From the NCBI GenBank assembly GCA_041661545.1, contig JBAZUH010000001.1, forward strand, positions 403,877 to 467,876: 64,000 nt of DNA, written 5' to 3'. This document shows positions 7,651-16,861 of the stretch, piece after piece. Position numbers and translations under genes: made by a program. This DNA comes from Candidatus Staskawiczbacteria bacterium (lineage in GTDB: Bacteria; Patescibacteriota; Minisyncoccia; Minisyncoccales; Staskawiczbacteraceae). Numbering within the stretch: position 1 is the first letter of the stretch; every line of letters starts with the position of its first letter. The notes below the pieces were generated by a model. The model saw only the letters and a program-made list of their open reading frames with translations. It did not search any database and was not told where the DNA came from.

Positions 7651-9477
7651 TTATATTTTTTTATGAAGCTCTTTTGCTTGCTTAGTAAATTCTTTAATTA
7701 ACTCATCTCTTTTTTGCTCATTATCTTCGAGCTTCACTTCTCCAAATAGGTTACTTAAGTTGTTTCTCAATTCTATATCTTTTAACAAAGAAAGGCAAAG
7801 TTGAATTTCTTCTGAGTTGTCTTCTCCATATTCTACTTCAGCTTTTAGTGCTAATTCGTCTAATACATTTTTATATTCATTTTTAGCTTTGCCCACAGAG
7901 CTAGATATATCGGCAAAAATTGCTTCTGGGTCATTACCTCTTTGTTGCGCACTTGCCTTAATGCTGTTTATTAAATTTTTTGTTTCATCACAAAAAAGAC
8001 AGTGATGCGACTCTTCAATTAAATCTAAATTTTCTGGATTTTTTAAAACTAATGAAACTATTTTATCTTCTAATAATTTTTTGCGCCCTTCGGCTGTAAA
8101 ATTATTTTTATTAATTGGTAAAATCTTTTCTAGGCCAGCTTTATTTGTTAATTTATCATTACTTTGATTATTCTTTTTCCAATCATTAAAATCTGCTCTT
8201 ACATCTTCTTCTTTAACATTAAATATTTGAGATAGTTTTTGAAATTGCTTTGCTTGTTCAATTATGTTTGGAATTATATTTATTCTAGGATAAAGAGCAT
8301 ATTTTATTTCTTTTCTTCCCTGAGAAGTATCTTTATCAAACTTTAAAAGGGCAGAGTTAAAAGAAAAATCCATTATCTCTACAATAGTTTTTAATGATTC
8401 TTCCCAAATTTTAGGATTTTCTAAAATAATTTCTGCGGGGTCTTTTGCCCCTAAATAACTGTGTATTACTTTAATATTAAAACCTTGAAATATAGCTAAA
8501 TCAATTCCTCTTTTTGTTGCTGTGTCTCCGGCAGAATCCATATCAAAAGCTAAAACTAAATTATCTGTGTACCTTTTTAAAATGTTTAAATGCCTTTCTG
8601 TTAAAGCAGTGCCAGAAACTGCAACTGTATTTTCAAACCCTGCTTGCTGACACATTATTGCGTCTGTATTGCCTTCTGTTAAAACACACTGATTGTTCTT
8701 TCTAATAGCTAATTTTGCAAAATTTAATCCATAGAGAACATTGCTTTTATCGTAAAGTAGTGTCTGGGGCGTATTAATATATTTGGCTATTACTGCATCT
8801 TTTCCCCCTACGGGGGATCTCCCGAAGGGAGAAAAGACTCGGGCAGTAAAACCAACTACTTGCGAATTTAAATCAAAAATAGGAAAAATAATCCTTCCAC
8901 GAAATCTGTCGTAAGGGTTATTTCCCTTGTCAGATGGCACAGCTAAACCAGCTTTTACAATTTCTTGGCGATTGTATCCCCTGCCCACCAAAAAATCAGA
9001 TAGCCCCTGCCAAGTATCTGGAGAATAACCTAGTCTCCATTTTTTTATACTTTCTTCTATAATGCCTCTTTTCAACAAATACTCTTTGGCCTCTTTGCCA
9101 TAACCTGAACCTTCTAATTGTTTTTCAAAAAAAGAACAAGCTAGGTCGCAAATTTCATATAACCTTTTTCTTTCACTAGTTGCTTGAGGATTTTCGCGCT
9201 TTAATTCCACCCCTGCTTTATTAGCTAAAAGCCTTAAAGCATCTCCAAATTCAATGCCCTCAATTTCTTTTATAAATTCAAAAATGTCTCCACCCTTTCC
9301 ACAGCCAAAACATTTCCACATTTGCCTGCCCGGACTTACAAAAAAAGAGGGCCCTTTTTCAGAATGAAATGGGCAAATTCCTCTATAGTTAATTCCCGTT
9401 TTTGAAAGCTTAACATATGAACCCACAACATCTAAAACATTAAGCTTGCTCTTTATTTCTTCTATTTGTGAATCCAT
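7651..9477 (-). CDS. dnaG: DNA primase
   Basis: Zn ribbon CPFHSEKGPSF...CFGCG and TOPRIM motifs (EGNTDAI, DMDSAGD). Confidence 0.95.
   Translation of the reverse strand: MDSQIEEIKSKLNVLDVVGSYVKLSKTGINYRGICPFHSEKGPSFFVSPGRQMWKCFGCGKGGDIFEFIKEIEGIEFGDALRLLANKAGVELKRENPQATSERKRLYEICDLACSFFEKQLEGSGYGKEAKEYLLKRGIIEESIKKWRLGYSPDTWQGLSDFLVGRGYNRQEIVKAGLAVPSDKGNNPYDRFRGRIIFPIFDLNSQVVGFTARVFSPFGRSPVGGKDAVIAKYINTPQTLLYDKSNVLYGLNFAKLAIRKNNQCVLTEGNTDAIMCQQAGFENTVAVSGTALTERHLNILKRYTDNLVLAFDMDSAGDTATKRGIDLAIFQGFNIKVIHSYLGAKDPAEIILENPKIWEESLKTIVEIMDFSFNSALLKFDKDTSQGRKEIKYALYPRINIIPNIIEQAKQFQKLSQIFNVKEEDVRADFNDWKKNNQSNDKLTNKAGLEKILPINKNNFTAEGRKKLLEDKIVSLVLKNPENLDLIEESHHCLFCDETKNLINSIKASAQQRGNDPEAIFADISSSVGKAKNEYKNVLDELALKAEVEYGEDNSEEIQLCLSLLKDIELRNNLSNLFGEVKLEDNEQKRDELIKEFTKQAKELHKKI
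8804..8832. repeat. G+C-rich double hairpin embedded in frame in dnaG
   Basis: ccccc-tac-ggggg then tctccc-gaa-gggaga. Encodes FSPFGRSPVGGK at a position where E. coli DnaG is shorter (comparison from memory). Confidence 0.8.
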
Positions 9478-9531
9478 TGGAAAATTGACCGATTTTATAT
9501 CGATTTTATATTACCACTAAATTTATAAAAA

Positions 9532-10032
9532 TCAACCTGCTTTACTTCTAATTTCCTCAGCTAGTTTTTTTAGCTCTTCTGAGTCAGCCATGGGTCCACT
9601 TCCAGACGAAATCCATCCTTCATATTTATCAAACCAAAAATTTTTACCGCTAAGAATTTGCGACCATCCACCATTTTTAAAAGATTCTGTTCCATGCATA
9701 GGTACAAGCTTTATGTGAACGTGATCTACGCCCATGCCCTCTACTATCATGCCCACTCTACCAACATCGTCAAAATGATTCTCTAATATTTTGCCAACTT
9801 TTTGAGCTGCAATAATAAATTTTTGCAAATCAGCTTCTGGCATCTTAAAAATATCACTTCCAAAGTGCTGTTTTGGAATTACGCACGAAAAACCTTTTGT
9901 ATTGGGGTCAATTGATAAAAATGCTATAAATTCTTTGTCTTCCCAAAATATGCCTGGCGTTTTTATTTTTCCAGAAACTATCTCGCAAAAAATGCACTTA
10001 TCATCTTCTGTTTTTGAACTATATTCTGCCAT
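9532..10032 (-). CDS. HIT family hydrolase
   Basis: Histidine-triad region GVDHVHIKLVP and an N-terminal CIFCEI motif. Confidence 0.85.
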   Translation of the reverse strand: MAEYSSKTEDDKCIFCEIVSGKIKTPGIFWEDKEFIAFLSIDPNTKGFSCVIPKQHFGSDIFKMPEADLQKFIIAAQKVGKILENHFDDVGRVGMIVEGMGVDHVHIKLVPMHGTESFKNGGWSQILSGKNFWFDKYEGWISSGSGPMADSEELKKLAEEIRSKAG

Positions 10033-10033
10033 T

Positions 10034-10840
10034 TTATTTAATCTTATAAGTTAAATTGATTATCACATTAATTTCTTGCTGGCCTGGTTCAATAGTTGGC
10101 ACTGGAGCAGATTCTGCCACACCCATGCCCTTGCTTGCATCGCTATACATTACAGGATATGGATTATAATTTTCATAAACATTAATTATTTTTCCTAAAC
10201 TTATTCCGGATTCTTTAGCTAAGTTTTTGGCATTATTTTTAGCTTTTTTAATTGCTTCTGCTCTGGCTTGTTCTCTAAATTGTTCTGGATTATCAATTGT
10301 AAACTGCAAATTGCCAACTGTGTTGGCTCCACTCTTGGTAGCTTGATCTAATGCATCACCAATTTTTGTAAAATCTCTTATTTTAACTTCAATACTCTGT
10401 TCTAGTCTATACCCTTTAATAGTGGTTGTGCTGGTTCTTGAAACAGCAATATCTGGTGCTGGATACATCATAGGAACTGGAGTATATACAGTTGAATCTT
10501 CATAAACTGGTGTTAGGCTATAATTTGTTGATTTAATATCTTTTTGGTCAATTTTTAATGCTTTCATTGCATCAATTATGGTATTCATTTTAGTTGTACC
10601 AGTTTTTGTAACTTCAGCCACTGTGGCATCTTGAGTTGTAACTCCAATACTAACTACCGCTATATCTGGTTTAACATAAACCTTACCCTCACCCGAAACT
10701 GTAATTTGATTTTGATTTTGTATGTCTAACAGTTGAGAATGATAAATCATTTGCCCAACTAAAAAAACTAAAATGCCCACCACTAAAACTTGCGCAAGCA
10801 TAAAAGTTTTGCTTAATAAATTTTTTGTATCTTGTTCCAT
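10034..10840 (-). CDS. SIMPL / DUF541 domain protein
   Basis: N-terminal TM, then ITVSGEGKVYVKPDIAVVSIGV and the overall SIMPL pattern. Confidence 0.8.
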   Translation of the reverse strand: MEQDTKNLLSKTFMLAQVLVVGILVFLVGQMIYHSQLLDIQNQNQITVSGEGKVYVKPDIAVVSIGVTTQDATVAEVTKTGTTKMNTIIDAMKALKIDQKDIKSTNYSLTPVYEDSTVYTPVPMMYPAPDIAVSRTSTTTIKGYRLEQSIEVKIRDFTKIGDALDQATKSGANTVGNLQFTIDNPEQFREQARAEAIKKAKNNAKNLAKESGISLGKIINVYENYNPYPVMYSDASKGMGVAESAPVPTIEPGQQEINVIINLTYKIK

Positions 10841-10880
10841 ATTTTTTTATCGATTCATTATTTTATTTTGAACCGAATGA

Positions 10881-11957
10881 TTATTTTCCTAAAATGTTTA
10901 AAGTAACTTCCATTTGTCTGACCGTATACTCCATATCTTCTTCTGGCCTTCCGTCTTGTCTGCCTCTTTGATATGAACCCATCAAATCAGTCAAATAATC
11001 TATCAACTTGGCTTGCCGGTCTTCTAATTTTGCTTCTTTTTTTGTTTTAAGGCTTTCTTCATTTTGGTGCACCTTGTGCCATTCTTCAATTGCTTCATTA
11101 ACCTTATCTGTAATCTCTTTTGCCCGTGCAACTTCGGGCGCAGAGGGAGTTCTATCAAAATATTTTTTTTCGGGATTTCTTACTACAGAAAATTCATTAT
11201 AAAATGTTCTGCCAAACTGCTCAGCCATCATTGTTGCAAATTCGTCGGGAGCTAAATATTCGCTGGTTACAGCAACGGCTTTTGTCCACTCGCCTTCTTT
11301 TCTTTGACACGAAGCCACATCTCTAAAATGTAACTGGTCATAATTAGAATTTCCATTTTCATCATCATGAAACTTTAATTCTCTCAGCAATAATTCTCTT
11401 TCTTTTTCTAATGCGCCCAATTTTCCCATTTTTGTTTCCGTAAGTCGTTTCTGTTTAATAGTTCGCGCTATACCGGTGTTTAATTTTTTTATTTCGTCGT
11501 TTTTTACCCTAATTGCCAAAACAAATGGTTCTCGTTCTTTGAAAAACTTTTCGTAGTATACTTTATTAAAAAGCTCAACATCATCACTCTTTTTTCTGTT
11601 GCCCCACAATACATCCAGCATTCTATATATTTCTTTTTTTAATTCTTGATGTTCCACAGCATCCAATCTCTCCTTAAATTTTCCACTTTCAAAAAGACTG
11701 TGCAAACACCTTGCCATGAATTCCTCTCTCGTCTTCTCGTCAAGCCCAGCTACAACTTCACCCAAGCTTCTCTCGCGTTTTTCTGAAGAATCACTAAATC
11801 TTCCATCGTCTGTTTGAGGGAAAATCTTTTCTCTAATAAATTCTGGCAAACTTCTAAAAAGCGCCGAAACACTTCCAGGAAAATCTTTCAGTTCTGCAAT
11901 TTCTTGCTCTTGGACTAAAACATTGTCTGTATTGTCACTTTTACTAATTTCTCCCAT
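10881..11957 (-). CDS. hypothetical highly charged helical protein
   Basis: 358-aa ORF with no recognisable motifs. Moderately elevated G+C. Divergent from the ATP-grasp gene. Confidence 0.6.
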   Translation of the reverse strand: MGEISKSDNTDNVLVQEQEIAELKDFPGSVSALFRSLPEFIREKIFPQTDDGRFSDSSEKRERSLGEVVAGLDEKTREEFMARCLHSLFESGKFKERLDAVEHQELKKEIYRMLDVLWGNRKKSDDVELFNKVYYEKFFKEREPFVLAIRVKNDEIKKLNTGIARTIKQKRLTETKMGKLGALEKERELLLRELKFHDDENGNSNYDQLHFRDVASCQRKEGEWTKAVAVTSEYLAPDEFATMMAEQFGRTFYNEFSVVRNPEKKYFDRTPSAPEVARAKEITDKVNEAIEEWHKVHQNEESLKTKKEAKLEDRQAKLIDYLTDLMGSYQRGRQDGRPEEDMEYTVRQMEVTLNILGK

Positions 11958-12126
11958 AATCTAATAAATTTATAATTGAATAAATTGTATCTCCTGTATT
12001 ATATTTATATCTCAAATTTAGACAAAATGCCATAGTGAATTTTAATATAGACCATCATTGATAAAAACAAATAATGGTGTATTATAGAAGCCAATAGATA
12101 TTCTTTGACAATAGAAAGGAATCACC

Positions 12127-13137
12127 GTGAAAAAGAAAAATAAAACGCCACTGATTGGGCAACTTTTCCAGAAAGTTGCTCCTAAAATTGGAGCTACAGT
12201 AGTGATAGAGCCAAAATGGAAAATTGTTGGACAAATTACTTACAAAAATGGAAAAAAACGATATTTTCGAGGTTCTAGCCTTGACTTAAACTCACTTGGG
12301 GCTTCTGAAATAGCTCGAGACAAAGATTACGCCAATTTCTTCATGAAAACAATGGGATACCCCATTGTTCCTGGAGGAAAAACTTTCTACTCTAGCCAAT
12401 GGGCTAAGGCAATCGCAGAAACTGGTCGTGATATTCATGCGGGGTATAAGCACGCCGTTAAATTGGGCTTTCCGGTTATTGTGAAACCAAATGGTGGCAG
12501 CCAGGGATCTGGCGTTGCATTGGTCAAAAATAAACGTGAATTTTATCGAGCAATGCGCGAGATATTCAAGCACGACAGAATCGCTATCGTACAAAAACCC
12601 GTTAAAGGCAAAGATTATCGAATAGTCGTTCTAGATAATCGGGTTATCTCTGCCTACGAAAGAATACCCTTGAATATAATTGGGGATGGCTCTCATACCA
12701 TAAGACAGTTACTCCATAAAAAACAGCGAGAATTTACGGCTTCAGGCCGAGACACCAAGGTTGAGCCAAACGACCCTCGCATAGCAAATAAGCTAAAACG
12801 CCAAAAGATGAATATGAATTCGGTCCCCGGCAAGGGCGAACGAATCCATCTATTGGACAATGCCAACCTTTCAACGGGCGGAGATTCTATTGATGTTACC
12901 TCTACAATGCATCCTGATTTTAAACTCATCGCAATCAAACTAACCAAAGATATGGGATTACGTCTTTGTGGCGTTGACCTTATGATTGCCGATGATATAA
13001 CTAAAAAACCCGGCGAATATTGGGTTTTAGAAATCAATTCTGCGCCCGGGCTTGACCATTATGCCAAATCGGGCAGAGCTCAAGAAAAAATTGTTGGAAA
13101 ACTATACCTCGAGGTTCTCAAAAGTATGGGCGAATAG
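12127..13137 (+). CDS. ATP-grasp ligase (RimK / cyanophycin-synthetase / GshB-like)
   Basis: 336 aa with a GTG start. Has the DKDYANFFMKTMGYPIVPG, FPVIVKPNGGSQGSGV and VLEINSAPGL motifs of the ATP-grasp fold. Confidence 0.75.
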   Translation: MKKKNKTPLIGQLFQKVAPKIGATVVIEPKWKIVGQITYKNGKKRYFRGSSLDLNSLGASEIARDKDYANFFMKTMGYPIVPGGKTFYSSQWAKAIAETGRDIHAGYKHAVKLGFPVIVKPNGGSQGSGVALVKNKREFYRAMREIFKHDRIAIVQKPVKGKDYRIVVLDNRVISAYERIPLNIIGDGSHTIRQLLHKKQREFTASGRDTKVEPNDPRIANKLKRQKMNMNSVPGKGERIHLLDNANLSTGGDSIDVTSTMHPDFKLIAIKLTKDMGLRLCGVDLMIADDITKKPGEYWVLEINSAPGLDHYAKSGRAQEKIVGKLYLEVLKSMGE

Positions 13138-13147
13138 TCCGCTACCA

Positions 13148-13175
13148 ACCAAGACAAAAATCTTGGTCTTTTTTT
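13148..13175 (+). terminator. rho-independent terminator
   Basis: accaaga-caaaaa-tcttggt followed by cttttttt. Confidence 0.7.
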
Positions 13176-13182
13176 ATAGGTG

Positions 13183-13266
13183 CGGAGGAGGTGGGACTCG
13201 AACCCACGAGACCCGTGAAGGTCACAGCTTTCCAAGCTGTTGTAATGGCCACTATACGACTCCTCC
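13183..13266 (-). tRNA. tRNA-Ser (anticodon GGA)
   Basis: Hand-folded cloverleaf. Acceptor GGAGGAG/CTCCTCC, anticodon stem ACAGC/GCTGT with loop TTGGAAA, long variable arm, T arm GTGGG-TTCGAGT-CCCAC, discriminator G. No encoded CCA. Confidence 0.9.
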
Positions 13267-13282
13267 TTGTTTATTTTTTTGA

Positions 13283-13867
13283 TTACTTGCTATATTTTTC
13301 CGGATACTGAAGAAAAAACTTAAACAGAACGCCCAACGTCCTGTCTTCATTTATCTTTCCATCTTTACATAATTCTTTTACTTCATCAAATGATTTCCAC
13401 TCGGTATTTATTACTTCGCCAGTTTCAAGCTCCTGCCCAACTTCATTTTCTTCAAATTCATCCACAATAAAATAGAATAAATCCCAAATAACCGTTGCTC
13501 CCGATTTTGCAGTTGCATAGTGTTTTATGTTTTTAGCAACTAATCCGGTTTCCTCTCTGCACTCTTTTTTAGCAGCATTAGTGGCAAATAACAAAATATC
13601 TTCTGAAATATTTTTATTATATTCTTCTAAGGTGTCAAAAACTTTTCCGCCCGGCAAACGATAGTCGTAATCGTTCAATTCAGACCGAAATTCTTTAGAA
13701 ATTAAAATTTTGTTCTCTTTTACAATAATCAAACGTGTTCCCGGAGATCTGCGGGCAATTTCAAAAACAATGCTTTTATCACCAACCTTCATGGGTTGTT
13801 CTACAACCTCAAATATTCTTCCCTTATAAACAATTTTTTCCGGCCCATTTTTTTGTAAATTATCCAT
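13283..13867 (-). CDS. NUDIX hydrolase
   Basis: Nudix box GGKV...AAKKECREETGL. Confidence 0.85.
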   Translation of the reverse strand: MDNLQKNGPEKIVYKGRIFEVVEQPMKVGDKSIVFEIARRSPGTRLIIVKENKILISKEFRSELNDYDYRLPGGKVFDTLEEYNKNISEDILLFATNAAKKECREETGLVAKNIKHYATAKSGATVIWDLFYFIVDEFEENEVGQELETGEVINTEWKSFDEVKELCKDGKINEDRTLGVLFKFFLQYPEKYSK

Positions 13868-13874
13868 TTTAAGT

Positions 13875-13928
13875 TTATGTACTTCTTAATGCTTTTATTC
13901 TTTCTTCAACTGGTGGGTGGGTCACCCC
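13875..13928 (-). pseudogene. relic of the htpX 3' end (GVTHPPVEERIKALRST*)
   Basis: Translating the minus strand gives a second copy of the HtpX C-terminus, in AT-rich codons. It lies 110 bp from the functional copy at 13979-14035. Confidence 0.6.
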
Positions 13929-13958
13929 GAAAAAATTTGCTTCGCAAATTTTACGGGG
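13925..13958. repeat. hairpin module ccccga-stem/loop-ttttacgggg(caag)
   Basis: ccccgaaaaaatttgcttcgcaaattttacgggg. A homologous module lies inside ligA at 51156-51188. Confidence 0.8.
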
Positions 13959-13978
13959 CAAGACTCATTTCAACATAA

Positions 13979-14884
13979 TTATATATCCGTTCCACGAAGC
14001 GCACGTATCCGTTCTTCGACTGGTGGGTGGGTCATAAATAATTTTATAAACCAGCTTGTTTTTTGTTTTCCTTTATATGGCGAATTAATAAATAACGAAG
14101 CTGTTGCATCATTAGTAACTTTTAATGGAGTTGCATCTTGAGAAATTTTTTCTAATGCTCTAGCCAATCCTTCGGGATGTCTAGTAAGTAAAACAGCGCT
14201 TGCGTCGGCTAAAAATTCTCTTTTTCTTGAAATAGCTAATTGAACCAAAGTTGCTGCTATTGGAGCTAAAATTGCTGCAAAAATTCCAAGCACCATTAAA
14301 ATTACTCCTGCTTTTCCATTATCATCGTTAGACCCTCTGTTGCCTCCCCAAAAACTAACTCTCATAAACATATTAGCTAACATTGCAATGACTCCTGCTA
14401 AAATTGCTACAACTGTAGCTAATAGCATATCTTTGTTTCCAATATGCGACATTTCGTGAGCTAAAACTCCTTCTAGCTCTACTTTATCTAGCCGGTTTAA
14501 AAGCCCTTGTGTTACAGCTACAACCGCATGTTTTGCATTTCTACCTGTGGCAAAAGCATTTGGTTGCATTTCTGGAATAATATAAATTTTGGGAACCGGC
14601 AAACCTGCAGTTATACAAAGATTTTCTACAATATGATAAAGCTCTGGATTTTTATTATGTTCTACTGGTATGGCTTTATACATTGATAAAACAATTTTAT
14701 CTGACCACCAATAACTTCCAAAAGACATAAAAACGCTTAAAAATGTAGCAAAATATAAAATTGAGCTATCGTTTAACAAATAACTAAACAGCCAGCCTAA
14801 AGCTATAATAAAGACCAAAAACCCAGTTAATAGAAACCAGGTTTTTCTAGTGTTGGAACTTGCTTGTGTATATATTGTAGCCAT
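13979..14884 (-). CDS. htpX: zinc metalloprotease HtpX (M48)
   Basis: HEMSHIGNKDM zinc site, four TM segments and a THPPVEERI C-terminal motif. Confidence 0.9.
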   Translation of the reverse strand: MATIYTQASSNTRKTWFLLTGFLVFIIALGWLFSYLLNDSSILYFATFLSVFMSFGSYWWSDKIVLSMYKAIPVEHNKNPELYHIVENLCITAGLPVPKIYIIPEMQPNAFATGRNAKHAVVAVTQGLLNRLDKVELEGVLAHEMSHIGNKDMLLATVVAILAGVIAMLANMFMRVSFWGGNRGSNDDNGKAGVILMVLGIFAAILAPIAATLVQLAISRKREFLADASAVLLTRHPEGLARALEKISQDATPLKVTNDATASLFINSPYKGKQKTSWFIKLFMTHPPVEERIRALRGTDI

Positions 14885-14923
14885 ATTAACTATTTTATTT
14901 CATTCTATAATAAAATTATAATT

Positions 14924-16861
14924 TTACCACCCCCCTCCTCCTCCGCCACCACCGCCACCACCAGAAGAACCGCCTCCGCCACCACCAGAGCTAGATCCAG
15001 GAGGCGTAGAGGCAGATGCTATAGAACTTGAAAATCCAGAATTAAAGTTTGATAATGCTCCAGCTGTATATATTGGACCAGAAAACCATGCTGGATGATG
15101 GTCTTGCATTTGATTCTTATTAAAAATATCTGTAAATTGCTCGGCCCATTCATTTTCAACGCCTAAAGCTAAAGCATATGGTAAATATTTCTCAAAAAGT
15201 TCTGGTGTTCTCTCTGGAGGATTAAAAAAATTCATTCTATCTTTTTCTGTTACCGATAAAAACCATTTAAATCCTTTTACTTCTTCCACTAATCGCAATC
15301 CCATTTCTGTATATTGCCTTAATAAGAAATAAAAAATAATAGCCAATAAAATAACCACTGCTAGTAAAATTACAGTGCCCATAGAAGCCATACTATAAAC
15401 AATTGTAATTGCAAAAATTTCTCCAGCTAAAAATGGCAGAAAAAATAAACTTAGAAAAATTGCACCAAAAAGGTTTTTAATTTTATTTTTTTGGTTATTA
15501 AAAAACTTTTTCCACAACGCTGTTATTTGTCCAAAAATTACTACTATTCCAAAACTCCATCCAATCAACCAAACTATTATAAAAATTAAAGGAAAAATCA
15601 TACCAGCTTCACTGCTGTTAATAACCGACAATAATAATGGTATAAAAGATAAAACAATTCCTAAGAATAGCCAATTAATATTATTTGAAAAATAATTTTT
15701 GTCATACTCTTTCATCAAGGAAATGGTTAACTCCTCAGAAGCATCTTTTACTTCTAAAGTATAACCATCTAAATCAACTATTTCTTTTTTAACAAATAGT
15801 TGGGTCATCATATTTTTCTGAATTTTGTTTAAACTGCTATCTGGTTCTTTTACTTTTGTTATATAATAATGAACTTTCTTTTTATCAATTTTTATAAAAC
15901 CTTTAACTGCTAAATTAATAATTTCTGAAGTAAAACATTTGTTATCAAACCTTCTATTCACCAAATATCTAATTGATGAAGGAATCATTTTTGAAGGGGG
16001 TTTGTACATGGGTATAATACTTTTGGGTTTTGGATCTCTGCCAAATTTATTCCAAACGTACAAATAATAGAAAAAAACTAACAATAATCCAAATATCCCC
16101 AAAATAAATCCCAAATTATCTTGAAACCACCAAATTCTTTTCTGAAACAACGAAGGCTCAACAATTAATCCCTTGGGCCAACCAACAACAATTGTAAAAT
16201 CTTCTCCATTGTTTATTACTTGAGAATTTTTGAATTCAATTATACTTTTATTTCCTTCTGCATAGATGTTTGCTTGAGCGGGCACCCCCTTGCTCCCAAC
16301 ATAGCCCACATAAGAGGCTGTTGTTAGTTGATTTTTTACAGAATTAAAATCAAAGGGCAAAATAACTGTTGCGCTTGATTTAATTATAGGAAAACTCCAG
16401 TCACTACCAGTAACATTCCAATATAATTCGTCGTGATCTGAAAAAAATCCAATTTCCCTATTAACTCTATAAGAAAGCTTATAATCATAAACTCCAGGAT
16501 AAATTAAAACGTCAGAAGCTCCAATATATATTCTTATTCCATTTTTTAAATTTTCTGTGTGATAAGGTTCACTATTACCATTTCTTTGCACCCCAAGCAA
16601 ATCAAATTTAATCTTATAGTTATTGCCTAATTTATCTTTATATTTTGTTGGGAAATCTCTATATATACCATGCTCAATGGAATTGCCTGTTGCAATAACA
16701 CTTATTTCTTCTGTAACTAAAAGAGAACCAGATTTTTCAACGGTTATATTGCTAGAAAAATTAGTTATCTGCTCTTGATTATAGTTCTGAGCAAAAACAA
16801 AACTACCCGTTGCAAAACAGGATGCAACAACGACAAAGATTATGAATAATTTTTTGAACAT
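14924..16861 (-). CDS. DUF2207 domain membrane protein
   Basis: 645 aa with a signal/TM, a central TM cluster and a Gly/Ser-rich C-terminal tail. Located immediately downstream of lemA, as is typical for this pair. Confidence 0.8.
   Translation of the reverse strand: MFKKLFIIFVVVASCFATGSFVFAQNYNQEQITNFSSNITVEKSGSLLVTEEISVIATGNSIEHGIYRDFPTKYKDKLGNNYKIKFDLLGVQRNGNSEPYHTENLKNGIRIYIGASDVLIYPGVYDYKLSYRVNREIGFFSDHDELYWNVTGSDWSFPIIKSSATVILPFDFNSVKNQLTTASYVGYVGSKGVPAQANIYAEGNKSIIEFKNSQVINNGEDFTIVVGWPKGLIVEPSLFQKRIWWFQDNLGFILGIFGLLLVFFYYLYVWNKFGRDPKPKSIIPMYKPPSKMIPSSIRYLVNRRFDNKCFTSEIINLAVKGFIKIDKKKVHYYITKVKEPDSSLNKIQKNMMTQLFVKKEIVDLDGYTLEVKDASEELTISLMKEYDKNYFSNNINWLFLGIVLSFIPLLLSVINSSEAGMIFPLIFIIVWLIGWSFGIVVIFGQITALWKKFFNNQKNKIKNLFGAIFLSLFFLPFLAGEIFAITIVYSMASMGTVILLAVVILLAIIFYFLLRQYTEMGLRLVEEVKGFKWFLSVTEKDRMNFFNPPERTPELFEKYLPYALALGVENEWAEQFTDIFNKNQMQDHHPAWFSGPIYTAGALSNFNSGFSSSIASASTPPGSSSGGGGGGSSGGGGGGGGGGGW

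Noticed and set aside
13052-13282. 76-aa plus-strand ORF, and likewise the 80-aa minus-strand ORF at 29632..29874.
   Set aside because: Each is fully explained by an overlapping tRNA gene (tRNA-Ser on the minus strand at 13183-13266; tRNA-Leu on the plus strand at 29790-29871) plus flanking G+C-rich hairpins.
13917-14141. 74-aa plus-strand ORF across the htpX 3' end.
   Set aside because: It is antisense to the well-supported htpX gene and its duplicated end, with no independent support.
14924-15000. C/G-rich low-complexity tract (ccaccccccctcctcctccgccaccacc...) as a possible phase-variable homopolymer.
   Set aside because: It encodes the Gly/Ser-rich C-terminal tail typical of DUF2207 proteins. 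The longest homopolymer run is short and the tract is a mix of codons rather than a simple repeat.
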